Source: an uncultured bacterium (GTDB lineage Bacteria > UBP14 > UBA6098). Taken from it: 64,000 nt of DNA. Positions within the stretch are counted from its first letter, which is position 1. Each line of letters opens with the position of its first letter. The position numbers and the translations under genes are program-made. Under the pieces are notes generated by a model that made no database searches, had not been told where the DNA came from, and saw only the letters and a list, made by a program, of their open reading frames with translations. Location of the stretch: contig CAYWOR010000013.1 of assembly GCA_964459995.1 (NCBI GenBank), forward strand, positions 8,007 to 72,006, written 5' to 3'. Positions 30,060-39,178 of the stretch are shown here, piece by piece.

Positions 30060-31121
30060 TCAATCGTATTCCTTTTCTTCCTCTTCGCCGTTGACAACGC
30101 GCAGGACTCCCATCACAAGGCCCTCCATCTCGTCCTCGCCGGGATAGACGTAAATTGGGGCTATCCAATCGACATATTCGCGGATCATATCCATTACAGG
30201 TTCATTCTGCGCGATTCCACCGGTGATGAGAATCGCATCGACATCCCCCTTGAGTGCCGCTGAATACTCGCCAATCGACTTGCCGACCTGATAAACAAAA
30301 GCCCGAAGGACGAGATCGAAATGCGCGTCAGTGTTTGCCTTTTCGACAACTTCTATCATATTATCGGTTCCAACGAGACTAAGCATTCCGCCGGCTTTGA
30401 TTAGCTTCTTCAGCATATCACGTTCAGTGTATTCGCCCGAATAACAAAGCTTCACAAGCCCCGTTACCGGCAAAGACCCCGTGCGCTGGGGCGAGAAAGG
30501 TCCGCCATCGTTAGCGTTGTTGGCATCTATCTGCCGACCCTTTCGATGCGCCGTAATACTGATCCCGCCGCCGAGATGGACAATCACCAAATTCAAATCG
30601 TCATACCTCGCGCCCATTTTCGAAGCATGCCTTTTCGCGACCATCTTAATATTTAGCGAATGAGCCAGCGAGATTCGCGGAAGCTCTTTCATGCCGGAAA
30701 CATAAGCGACATCGTCGAACTCATCTACACTAACGGGATCGACGATATATGCCGGAATCCCGAGCGGTGTGGCAATCTCGTCGGCGAGAAGGCATCCGAT
30801 ATTCGAGATATGGTCGGCCTGCACATTGCCCTGTTTGACATCGGCCTTCATCGCGAAATTTACCCTGTATGTTCCGGAAACCAGCGGTTTGAAAGGCCCG
30901 CCGCGTCCCACAACAGCGTCGAGTGTCTCGATATTCACATTATACTTTTCGATTGCGTCGCGTATTGTTTTCGCGCGGAATTCGTATTGGTCGTAGGTAT
31001 GGTCGAATTTCGCAAGTTCCTCGGCCTCGTGCCGAATCGATTCGACAAATACCGGCTCTTCATCGTCATAAACAGCGACCTTTGTCGAAGTCGCCCCGGG
31101 GTTGATCGCAAGTATTCTCAT
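30060..31121 (-). CDS. buk: Butyrate kinase
   Basis: INPGATSTK, GRGG, DPVSVDE, HLGGGIS, PGEDEM; GGAG RBS before MRILAI. Confidence 0.95.
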   Translation of the reverse strand: MRILAINPGATSTKVAVYDDEEPVFVESIRHEAEELAKFDHTYDQYEFRAKTIRDAIEKYNVNIETLDAVVGRGGPFKPLVSGTYRVNFAMKADVKQGNVQADHISNIGCLLADEIATPLGIPAYIVDPVSVDEFDDVAYVSGMKELPRISLAHSLNIKMVAKRHASKMGARYDDLNLVIVHLGGGISITAHRKGRQIDANNANDGGPFSPQRTGSLPVTGLVKLCYSGEYTERDMLKKLIKAGGMLSLVGTDNMIEVVEKANTDAHFDLVLRAFVYQVGKSIGEYSAALKGDVDAILITGGIAQNEPVMDMIREYVDWIAPIYVYPGEDEMEGLVMGVLRVVNGEEEEKEYD

Positions 31122-31246
31122 ATTCCACTCCTTTGCGGGCTTGGTTCGTCGATAGCGCAATAATATAAACCGTGAATCAATATTGGCAACCAAAAATCGC
31201 AAATATCCCTTGCGGAAACAATATTTTAACACTTGATTTATTCCGC

Positions 31247-32050
31247 ATGGTTGAAACTCGACGAAATAAACCCTTCCGCGAAGAGCTTAAAAACCTTCTC
31301 GACGAAACCCGGACGCTGGATTTCGCGACGGTCTTCGTTTTCATCGCGGTAGCCGCCATCTCGACCGCGAATTATTATTACGGCAACCAGCCATTCTTCC
31401 GAAAAGTGCTTGCCGGCCAATTTTCCGACCGCGCGCAGTTGCTTTATATAAGCGCAGTGATGCGCGGATATGCGCGCTTTGTTTTCAGTTTCATCCTTCC
31501 ATTGATTCTCATCAAATGGCCTCTTCGCGCCAAATTACGTGACTACGGCCTCGGCCTCGGCGATTGGCGTTTCGGCCTCAAAATTACTGCAATCTTCATC
31601 GCAGTGATGTTGCCGATAATTTGGTTCGCATCGGCCTCGGAGAGTTTCGCGCGCGCTTATCCGTCATGCCCCGGAGTAAAAGAAGACTGGGAGCGCTTCG
31701 CATTTTTCGCAATGTCTTACATCTTCTACATGACCGGCTGGGAGTTCCTTTGGCGCGGTTTTTCTCTCTTCGGCCTCAAAGAGAAACTCGGCTACTACTC
31801 GATTTTGGTTCAGACAACCCCCTTCGTGATTCTCCATTTCGGCAAACCCTCGGCGGAGTCTTTCAGCGCGATTTTCGCCGGCATAGCTCTGGGCGTTCTC
31901 GCATGGCGAAGCCGATCCTTTTGGTATTGCATGCTAACCCACACGGCGGTGATAGTTGGCATAAACCTTCTCGCTGTGCTGAGATTCCGTGCGGGCAATT
32001 ATGGCGTGGGGTTGTCCGATTTGGCCGAGATTTTCAGTGTTATTTTCTAA
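31247..32050 (+). CDS. CPBP/Abi (CAAX protease-like) membrane protein
   Basis: WEFLWRG, F..LH.GKP..E, H motif; multiple TM segments. Confidence 0.85.
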   Translation: MVETRRNKPFREELKNLLDETRTLDFATVFVFIAVAAISTANYYYGNQPFFRKVLAGQFSDRAQLLYISAVMRGYARFVFSFILPLILIKWPLRAKLRDYGLGLGDWRFGLKITAIFIAVMLPIIWFASASESFARAYPSCPGVKEDWERFAFFAMSYIFYMTGWEFLWRGFSLFGLKEKLGYYSILVQTTPFVILHFGKPSAESFSAIFAGIALGVLAWRSRSFWYCMLTHTAVIVGINLLAVLRFRAGNYGVGLSDLAEIFSVIF

Positions 32051-32145
32051 AAGAGGCCGTTTATGGCGTCCAATTTACATAATAACCTATTGTCTATCAA
32101 GCTGTTATGTGAATATGGATTGCCTGAACTGTAATTAAGGTTACA

Positions 32146-32787
32146 ATGAGAATGGCAAAACAAACTGCCTTTTTTTTAATCGGCGTCGTCATTTTTGTGA
32201 TAACCGGATGTTCGGAGAAATTTTACGAACGGCAGGACAAAAAGACGGTCGAGAGCCAACTTCACCTTCCCAAAAATATTCAATATCTCTCCTTTCGAAG
32301 CAATCCCAAAATTCCCGGATGGTTTGGAAGAGAAGGACTTTGGATAAGGGCGGAGATACAATTCACCGATTCCCAGTTCGAAGATTATGTCGCAAAACTT
32401 GACGATCCCGCTGTCTGGAAACCGGTAAGGTTCAAATCCTACTCGCCCTCGATAGGCCGTAGCTATTCCCCAAAATCGCTCCAATGGGCAGATCTTCCAG
32501 TGCCGGCTTGCATTGGAGATAATTTTCGAAAGGACAGCCCGCTCAAACCGGAGCTGGTAGAGTCTGAAAAGGGCAAATACTATTGCTCTGCCATCGTATT
32601 TCAAATAACAGAATCGCCAAAAAGAGAAAATAAAAATCCCTTTAATTGGGAAGCGGCTGGATGGCGATATGTGGGCAGGTCTTGTGAAGAAATTTCCGAA
32701 TCGAAGCTTTCCGCAGTGATATATGGGCTGGCTATTCTGGATTTCGACACGAAGAGAATGAGCGTGTATTTTCAGTTCAGCGGCTAA
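32146..32787 (+). CDS. Hypothetical lipoprotein
   Basis: Lipobox ITGC; AT-richer than neighbours. Confidence 0.7.
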   Translation: MRMAKQTAFFLIGVVIFVITGCSEKFYERQDKKTVESQLHLPKNIQYLSFRSNPKIPGWFGREGLWIRAEIQFTDSQFEDYVAKLDDPAVWKPVRFKSYSPSIGRSYSPKSLQWADLPVPACIGDNFRKDSPLKPELVESEKGKYYCSAIVFQITESPKRENKNPFNWEAAGWRYVGRSCEEISESKLSAVIYGLAILDFDTKRMSVYFQFSG

Positions 32788-32975
32788 CAATATCGTAGCA
32801 ATATCCTATAGAATAGATTTGCACAGTTAAGATTTATAAGCAACGATTTTTTTTGCGAAGGGATTCTCTATGTCTCTGTTTTTGTTCTGAGATTTAAAAT
32901 ACAACATTATGGAGTTGATATGAGGCCACCAATTAATAACTTCTATTGAAACAAATCACTTGAACAGGAGCAACA

Positions 32976-35099
32976 ATGAGGTTTCAGAAACTCGCCCCTA
33001 TTTTAATCGCAGGAATATTGATTTTACTTTTCATAGGCTGTCCGGAAAAGTCCACCCCGCCCGACGACGGGACAAGCTGGGATATCGGAGCAATTACAAA
33101 CTACACGGTTTCCGGGGGAACCGGCTACGAGTTCGCCGAGGCAATCACCGGCGGAACTTTCATATTCCCAGAGGGCGCGGACGGCGAGCTTTCGGTTGCG
33201 GTGATAAATTCCGGGCCGACACCGCCGCTCTCCGGCTCCATGTTCTGGATTGAATACGACGGCGACGAACCGGTTCAGCTGTTGTTGCCCATGGGAGACA
33301 ACGACTATCTCTACCTCCATGGATTCGGAAGTTCCAACGGCTCCTTCGACGACGGCATCGACGCGGATGAGCGCTGGCATGCCCTTCCCATCGTTAACTC
33401 TGCCGGCGGAAACATAGTGTTTCATCTCAGCATGCCCTTCGAAACCTCTCGATTCAGGCCCATGCGAAGCAGGTACCGCGGATTCACCCATTACCAGATA
33501 GCGGCTATACCCTCCGGAAGCTCCCGTGCGGACACAATCGCGGCGGCGCACGCTCAAGCTCTCGACTTGATCAACCATGTCCTCGATTCCCTACCCACCG
33601 CAATTCAAGCTACAGCCCGCGCGGAAGTCCACGGCTCCGGAACATGGGAGGGACGGCTCAAGCCGAGGTTCTACACCGACGGCAACTATTACAAAGGATT
33701 CTTCTACTGGACCTCCCTCTGGCCGAGTCCATCACCTATGATTGGCCTTTATCCCTTCACCAGCGGCGGATTTGTCGAGGATGTCATCGCTCACGAAGTG
33801 GGACATTACATCAACCATGTCCTCGTCGGCGACGCGACCTATGTCATCCTCGAAGCTCAAGCGCCCTCGGCAGTTCACGGTCTTGGCGATGTCCACGCGA
33901 ACAGGTCGAGCATAATCGAGGATTATGCCTTTTTCGCCGAATACTTCCTGACCGGCATGGTAGGCGCAACAGTTGATCCGACATATACTCTCTCTGCAAT
34001 AAAAACCGACTCCCCCTATTCGATTGATTTCCCCAGCATCGAGGGTTTTGGTTGCTTTCTGTTGGCGAGTCTGCACCGCACAAACCCCGTAATTCCGAGT
34101 CTAATGGTTTCCGGCACCCTCGACAGCATCCCAGTCGTGGGAGCATCCTTCAGGGACATCTGGGGCATAATCGCCCGCGGAGCTACGGATATCAACCAAC
34201 TTCGCACCCATGTCGAGGAATATCTTACCGGCGTCGGCAAAGAGGACATGTTGCCGGTTATCGGCCAGCGTATCGGATGGCGCTACCGCGGCAACGGCAC
34301 CGTTATGACCGACGACGGCACGGGCAATATGATCCCCCTCGAAGGTGCGACCGTTGTGCAAATCGCCAATGTCGGAGGGCGCGAGTATCGTAATTCATCG
34401 AGCACCACCACGGATTCTCTGGGCGAGTTCTGGATAACAGACCTGTTCCCCGGCACAACCGCACTTAGAATCTTTTGGGGAACCGATTCGACCGAACATC
34501 CATTGGTAGTGAACTGGGACACGCCGACCACCCAAACTTTGGAACTGGGCACCTTCTTCGCAAACAGCAGTTTGATTGACCTTTTGCAAACAATGAACGC
34601 TATCAAAGTGCAATTCCGGGGCGGAATACGAACGACTAATGACTATTTGCTGGAGGGGATGGGAATTTGGTCATTCACTCAATCCGGATGGGATTATGTC
34701 GGCCAAATACCCATTTCGTGGGCAGGCAACACGGCTACAGTGGACGGCACGATAGTCGGCTGGGGCTATTTCGACCATGATATCGATATTACGGTGAATT
34801 TATCCCCAACCGGCGGAAGCATCCTCTCGGTGGAGGCCGAAGATAACCTCGCCGCAAGACCCGGAACCGGAACGACCGGCACAAGGTATTACAAACTGGA
34901 GTTTAACAGCTTGCCCTTTGTTAGTATCAGCGGAAACCGCAGGGTAATCACATATATGGTTACGGGAAATGTTCAGGCCAACGTAGATGATATTCAAATG
35001 GATATTATCGGCGGGACATCCGGTGATTACAGCATCGCGAATGTAGAGTGGTCATCGACGGACACGGTCTTCGTAACTTTCGAACTGCACAATCCGTAA
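32976..35099 (+). CDS. Lipoprotein with HExxH zinc-metallopeptidase motif
   Basis: AGGAG RBS, lipobox IGC, VIAHEVGHY, downstream carboxypeptidase-regulatory-like beta region. Confidence 0.75.
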   Translation: MRFQKLAPILIAGILILLFIGCPEKSTPPDDGTSWDIGAITNYTVSGGTGYEFAEAITGGTFIFPEGADGELSVAVINSGPTPPLSGSMFWIEYDGDEPVQLLLPMGDNDYLYLHGFGSSNGSFDDGIDADERWHALPIVNSAGGNIVFHLSMPFETSRFRPMRSRYRGFTHYQIAAIPSGSSRADTIAAAHAQALDLINHVLDSLPTAIQATARAEVHGSGTWEGRLKPRFYTDGNYYKGFFYWTSLWPSPSPMIGLYPFTSGGFVEDVIAHEVGHYINHVLVGDATYVILEAQAPSAVHGLGDVHANRSSIIEDYAFFAEYFLTGMVGATVDPTYTLSAIKTDSPYSIDFPSIEGFGCFLLASLHRTNPVIPSLMVSGTLDSIPVVGASFRDIWGIIARGATDINQLRTHVEEYLTGVGKEDMLPVIGQRIGWRYRGNGTVMTDDGTGNMIPLEGATVVQIANVGGREYRNSSSTTTDSLGEFWITDLFPGTTALRIFWGTDSTEHPLVVNWDTPTTQTLELGTFFANSSLIDLLQTMNAIKVQFRGGIRTTNDYLLEGMGIWSFTQSGWDYVGQIPISWAGNTATVDGTIVGWGYFDHDIDITVNLSPTGGSILSVEAEDNLAARPGTGTTGTRYYKLEFNSLPFVSISGNRRVITYMVTGNVQANVDDIQMDIIGGTSGDYSIANVEWSSTDTVFVTFELHNP

Positions 35100-35106
35100 G
35101 TATAAC

Positions 35107-35134
35107 AAAGCCGACAATTATCTTGTCGGCTTTC
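35107..35134. terminator. Bidirectional terminator
   Basis: aaagccgacaa...ttgtcggcttt. Confidence 0.8.
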
Positions 35135-35189
35135 TCTTCACACTTTCGTCGCTCGATTTATTCTACTGAACGCTCCTAAAGCGTCGCAA

Positions 35190-35828
35190 CTACTCTTTCA
35201 TATACGACACCGGATGATTGAGCATCGTCTGCTGTGTTTCGCTAAGCCCGAGAGTTTCACTAAGCTTCTCTCTGTCCATCGACGCGCGAACAACTGTTGC
35301 AAGCCCTTCCGAGGCGCAAAAAATCGAGATATTCTGAGAAACGATTCCCGCATCCTCCGCCGCCCAGATCATCTTTTGCTCTTCCTCGCCGCGCTGGAAC
35401 CGCGAAATATCCGATACCAACAAAAGAATCACCGGTGCCGTCGCAACAACCTCCTGCCTTCCCGCGACATATGGCCGCAAGTCCCCGTCGGTAACATGTT
35501 CAAGCGAATTATTAACAGCATCGTAAAGATAACTTGCAGATTCGGTAAGCACATAAACATCGATGTCCTGCGAGTTCATCGCAGATGGCGCGGTTCTTTT
35601 GCCCTCCTCGGGACGGTTGATTCCATTCGCCGCCCAAAGAAGGTCGGACAAATCCCTTTGGCTTAGAGGTTTCGGGTCGAATTCACGCGTCGATGCCCTC
35701 TGTGAAAGCGCTTGCATCACCGGAACCCCGCGTGTAAGGTCGGGAGGATCGAGTTGAATGGACTTCGAACTCTCGGCAAACATCGAAACAACCATAATTA
35801 ACCCCACTAAAAAGACTGCTGTTTTCAT
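35190..35828 (-). CDS. SagB/ThcOx-type nitroreductase family protein with signal peptide
   Basis: R.STREF, LLWAANG, RTAPSAMN, DAGIVSQN. Confidence 0.88.
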   Translation of the reverse strand: MKTAVFLVGLIMVVSMFAESSKSIQLDPPDLTRGVPVMQALSQRASTREFDPKPLSQRDLSDLLWAANGINRPEEGKRTAPSAMNSQDIDVYVLTESASYLYDAVNNSLEHVTDGDLRPYVAGRQEVVATAPVILLLVSDISRFQRGEEEQKMIWAAEDAGIVSQNISIFCASEGLATVVRASMDREKLSETLGLSETQQTMLNHPVSYMKE

Positions 35829-35913
35829 AAAAAAACCTTTCGTGTATCTTCCCCTCCGTCTGTATTATCAGAATTTGCAGATAATCTGACAAATTTCAAG
35901 AAAAATATATTCT

Positions 35914-36816
35914 TTAGAGGATAATATTTGGCTTTATATTCTTGTTAATTGGGCTATTCCCCGCGATAATCCCGGCTACTATTAGAGTGAGGCCGAGAAT
36001 CGTCGCCGGACGAATATCCTCGCCAAGAAAATTCCGAATGAAAACCAGCGATAAAAAGGGGCTTAGATAGATAAGATTCGCCACACGCGCGGAACTTTCG
36101 GATAGTTTCAACGCCTTAAGCCAAAAAACAAAGGTTATCCCCATCTCGAAAAAACCGACGAACATCGCCGCCATGCCCGCGGAAAGGCTTATCAGAAATG
36201 TCTCACCGGAAATATGCATCGCACCGGCGACGAAAATTGTGCCGAAAAGGAAGTTCACAAAGAGCTTCAAAGAAATATCGGCCTTGTTCCTAAGATTCAA
36301 AATCCAATAGGAAGCCCATATAAAGGCGCTTCCCAGACCGAGAGCGACACCGAAAGCGTCGAATGCCATCCCCCCGAATTTTCCTCCAGTGGCTATCAAA
36401 ACAACCCCAAAAAAACCGAAAAAAATCGACACAAAACCTCTCGCCCCAATCTTTTGCCCGAGAAACAACGCCGAAAAAATCACAAGCACAACCCCCCAGC
36501 TGTAATTCAGAGGTTGGGCAATCTGCGCGGGGAGAAGCGAATAGGATTTAAAAAGCACGAGATAATACAAAAAAGGGTTCAGAAATCCCATAAACGCGGA
36601 GCTTCCGATCTCGCGCCACCCGAATTTTCGCAAAGAAGCCAATTTACGCTGAAAGACGAGAATTAAAAACAACACAACCGTCGAAACCGCCGATGAGTAA
36701 AACAAAAGCTGAACGAACCCCATCCGCGCAAGAGCGATTTTGAATGCAGTCGCCACAGTTGACCACATCAGAACCGCCGCACAGGCATAGATAAAGGCTT
36801 TCGTTTGCGATTTCAT
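35914..36816 (-). CDS. DMT/EamA family transporter
   Basis: About 10 TM segments, WSTVATAFK, ANLIYLSP. Confidence 0.9.
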   Translation of the reverse strand: MKSQTKAFIYACAAVLMWSTVATAFKIALARMGFVQLLFYSSAVSTVVLFLILVFQRKLASLRKFGWREIGSSAFMGFLNPFLYYLVLFKSYSLLPAQIAQPLNYSWGVVLVIFSALFLGQKIGARGFVSIFFGFFGVVLIATGGKFGGMAFDAFGVALGLGSAFIWASYWILNLRNKADISLKLFVNFLFGTIFVAGAMHISGETFLISLSAGMAAMFVGFFEMGITFVFWLKALKLSESSARVANLIYLSPFLSLVFIRNFLGEDIRPATILGLTLIVAGIIAGNSPINKNIKPNIIL

Positions 36817-36900
36817 GGAATTAATTTACCCCCGAAAAACGCTTTTCGCAATTATTATCGCAGGAATTCAATGTGGAAATATCCTTCCGGCGAGTTCGCC

Positions 36901-36928
36901 TTGACAACCCTGTAAAAATGTTTATAAT
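36901..36928 (+). promoter_or_regulatory. sigma70 promoter of ssrA
   Basis: TTGACA-N16-TATAAT. Confidence 0.75.
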
Positions 36929-36969
36929 ATGCCTCGGCGGGAAACCGCGCAAATATGCTATTTGACAAT

Positions 36970-37330
36970 GGGGGCGAACTGGATTCGACGGTAATAAGCG
37001 GACCGGGTCTTGCGTGCCGAGTTTTCGAGGGAGCTTGTAAAAACCTCGAACCGCAAGAAATGCGGACTATGACTATGCAATGGCTGCTTAATTAAAGCTG
37101 GCCACGTCCTCCGGGAAGTTGAGCTTCTAACGTCCCGAAAGGGCGCCGCAAAAAGAAGCGCTGTGATCGAGACTTCGTCGTTCGAGATCACGTGCTATCA
37201 GTCGGCGATAGCCTTAGCCGAGCCGTGTGCGGCGACGACGCCGAGGCGAAAATCCAATCCCGCACTACGCATGTAGACGGGCGCGGAGTGCTATTATCGG
37301 ACGGGGGTTCGATTCCCCCCGCCTCCACCA
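36970..37330 (+). ncRNA. ssrA: tmRNA; tag peptide (A)ARNADYDYAMAA at 37053-37091
   Basis: 5' GGGGGCG..GGATTCGAC pairs with 3' CGCCTCC-ACCA including G3:U; GTTCGATT T-loop; tag ends AMAA*. Confidence 0.96.
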
Positions 37331-37338
37331 AATAAGAA

Positions 37339-37366
37339 GAGAGTTACCCCTCGCCCTGAAGTGCTT
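37339..37366 (+). repeat. 28-bp direct repeat, copy 1
   Basis: gagagttacccctcgccctgaagtgctt; 27/28 identical to 37984-38011. Confidence 0.9.
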
Positions 37367-37422
37367 GAAGCAAAATTAGTTGAACCTTACAGAAACAAAT
37401 CGCCGCGGCGAATAAAAAAGCG

Positions 37423-37677
37423 CTATCTATATGCGTTGTCCCGTCGAGCAATCGTGTCAACGAACACAATCCTCTTTTCAGTATCGAGATCGAATATAAC
37501 ACGTATGTCCGAATGGCGGATGCGGTGGTAGCCCTTCCATTTGCCTTTTAAGACCTTGACGTCCATATCGTTGCGGACTCTCAGAAAAGTTACAATGAGT
37601 TCGGTAACTGTATCTAACAATCCATGTTTACGAGCAAATTTGTCCGCACGGTTAGAGAATTCTATCCGCCATTTCAT
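37423..37677 (-). CDS. RelE/ParE family toxin
   Basis: 84 aa, W.IEFS..A.K, LKGKWKG..RIR..DIRVIF, R..AYR. Confidence 0.85.
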   Translation of the reverse strand: MKWRIEFSNRADKFARKHGLLDTVTELIVTFLRVRNDMDVKVLKGKWKGYHRIRHSDIRVIFDLDTEKRIVFVDTIARRDNAYR

Positions 37678-37871
37678 ACTTCGAGTTCCACAGACATCGC
37701 GGCAATTTTCTTGACCGGTTCGCCATAGTTTTCTTCGATTTCGAGCTGTTCTTCTTCGGAAACTTCCGGAATACGAGACAGAAACAAAGCGAACTCCTCC
37801 TCGCGGATCACCTCACGAACCGCTTCTTTTATCATTTCCTTGAGAACTTTTTCTTCCAATATAATACTCAT
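37674..37871 (-). CDS. Antitoxin (acidic, 65 aa)
   Basis: ATGA overlap upstream of toxin; MIKEAVREVIREE...PEVSEEEQ.EIE. Confidence 0.75.
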   Translation of the reverse strand: MSIILEEKVLKEMIKEAVREVIREEEFALFLSRIPEVSEEEQLEIEENYGEPVKKIAAMSVELEV

Positions 37872-37983
37872 CGATTCTTCTCCGTCTTATCTGTGAGAAC
37901 TTCAATCTAATTTTAAGGAATACGATAGATTTGTCAAGCGTGAAATAAGTGGGGATAAGGCAGATGCTTCATACACCAAGGGC

Positions 37984-38011
37984 GAGAGTTCCCCCTCGCC
38001 CTGAAGTGCTT
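37984..38011 (+). repeat. 28-bp direct repeat, copy 2 (within AGGGCGAG/CTCGCCCT hairpin)
   Basis: gagagttccccctcgccctgaagtgctt. Confidence 0.9.
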
Positions 38012-38062
38012 AAATAATAATTGACCCCCGAAACTATCGAACCTTTCGGTGGTGCAATTCTA

Positions 38063-39178
38063 TTACAGTTTAGAAGCCACAGCCTTCGCAACATCGAGCG
38101 AGGTGCTGTTGCCGCCCATATCATAGGTGCGGAACTTGCCATCCTCGATAACCTCGGCTATCGCACGCTCCAAAGCCGTTGCTTTATCCATCTCGCCGAT
38201 ATACTCCAGCATAAGATAGGTCGATAACAGCATCGCCATCGGATTGACCTTATACTGTCCGGCATATTTCGGCGCGCTTCCATGGGTCGGCTCGAATAAC
38301 GCGTAGCTGTCACCCCAACTTCCCGAGGCCGCGAAACCGAGTCCGCCGACCAACTGCGCGCAAAGGTCGCTAACGATATCGCCGAACATGTTGCTCGTAA
38401 CCATAACATTATAATCCTGCGGGTTTTTGATAAGCCACATGCACATAGCATCGACATTCGTCTCCCAAAGCTCGATTCCGGGGTAATCCTCGGCAACCTT
38501 CCGAGCCTCGCGAACCATCATGCCCGAGGTCTCCCGAACGACATTCGGCTTCTCGATAACGGTTACATTGCTGTAACCCTTCGCTTTGGCAAGCTCGAAA
38601 GCCGCACGGACAATGCGTCTGCAACCATGGCGAGTGAACACTCTACAGGATATGGCGATATCCTCGCCGGAAACATCCTTAAACTTACCCATGCTCTTAT
38701 TATACTTCACCATTTCCGCGCGAAGATCCTCGGGAAGCGGATGATACTCCACGCCGGCATAAAGCCCCTCGGTATTCTCGCGGAAAACATGGAAATCGAG
38801 ACCCTCTTTGTAAATCAAAGGGTTGTTTTTGTAGGCTTTGCAGGGACGATAGTTCACATAGAGGTCGAACATCTGGCGCAAACGCACAATCGGCGAGCGA
38901 TAAACAAGCCCCTTGCCCTTAAGTTCGGGCACCAATTCCGCCTCGCACTCCTCTTTCGGTTTCGAGGTTATCGCGCCGAAAAGGCAAGCGTCGGTTCTCT
39001 TTAGCAAATCGATTGTGCGCTCCGGAAGCGCATCGCCTTCGGTTCTCCAGAACTCCCATCCGATATCTCCCCATTCATATTCGACATCGGGCTTAAGTTG
39101 TTCGAGAACAATGAATGCGGCTTCCATGACATCGTTTCCGACGCCATCTCCGGGTAATACTGCGATTTTCTTAGTCAT
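38063..39178 (-). CDS. Isocitrate/isopropylmalate/homoisocitrate dehydrogenase family
   Basis: PGDGVG, RENTEG.Y, KPNV, NMFGDIVSD, EPTHGSAPK; CAGGAGG RBS. Confidence 0.92.
   Translation of the reverse strand: MTKKIAVLPGDGVGNDVMEAAFIVLEQLKPDVEYEWGDIGWEFWRTEGDALPERTIDLLKRTDACLFGAITSKPKEECEAELVPELKGKGLVYRSPIVRLRQMFDLYVNYRPCKAYKNNPLIYKEGLDFHVFRENTEGLYAGVEYHPLPEDLRAEMVKYNKSMGKFKDVSGEDIAISCRVFTRHGCRRIVRAAFELAKAKGYSNVTVIEKPNVVRETSGMMVREARKVAEDYPGIELWETNVDAMCMWLIKNPQDYNVMVTSNMFGDIVSDLCAQLVGGLGFAASGSWGDSYALFEPTHGSAPKYAGQYKVNPMAMLLSTYLMLEYIGEMDKATALERAIAEVIEDGKFRTYDMGGNSTSLDVAKAVASKL

Noticed and set aside
32782-32833. Integron attC-like site (stop codon within GGCTAAC)
   Set aside because: No complementary GTTRRRY box or L boxes, no second cassette, no integrase
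35190-35828. RiPP (azole) cluster suggested by the SagB-like gene
   Set aside because: No YcaO, precursor peptide or transporter nearby; stand-alone nitroreductase with a signal peptide
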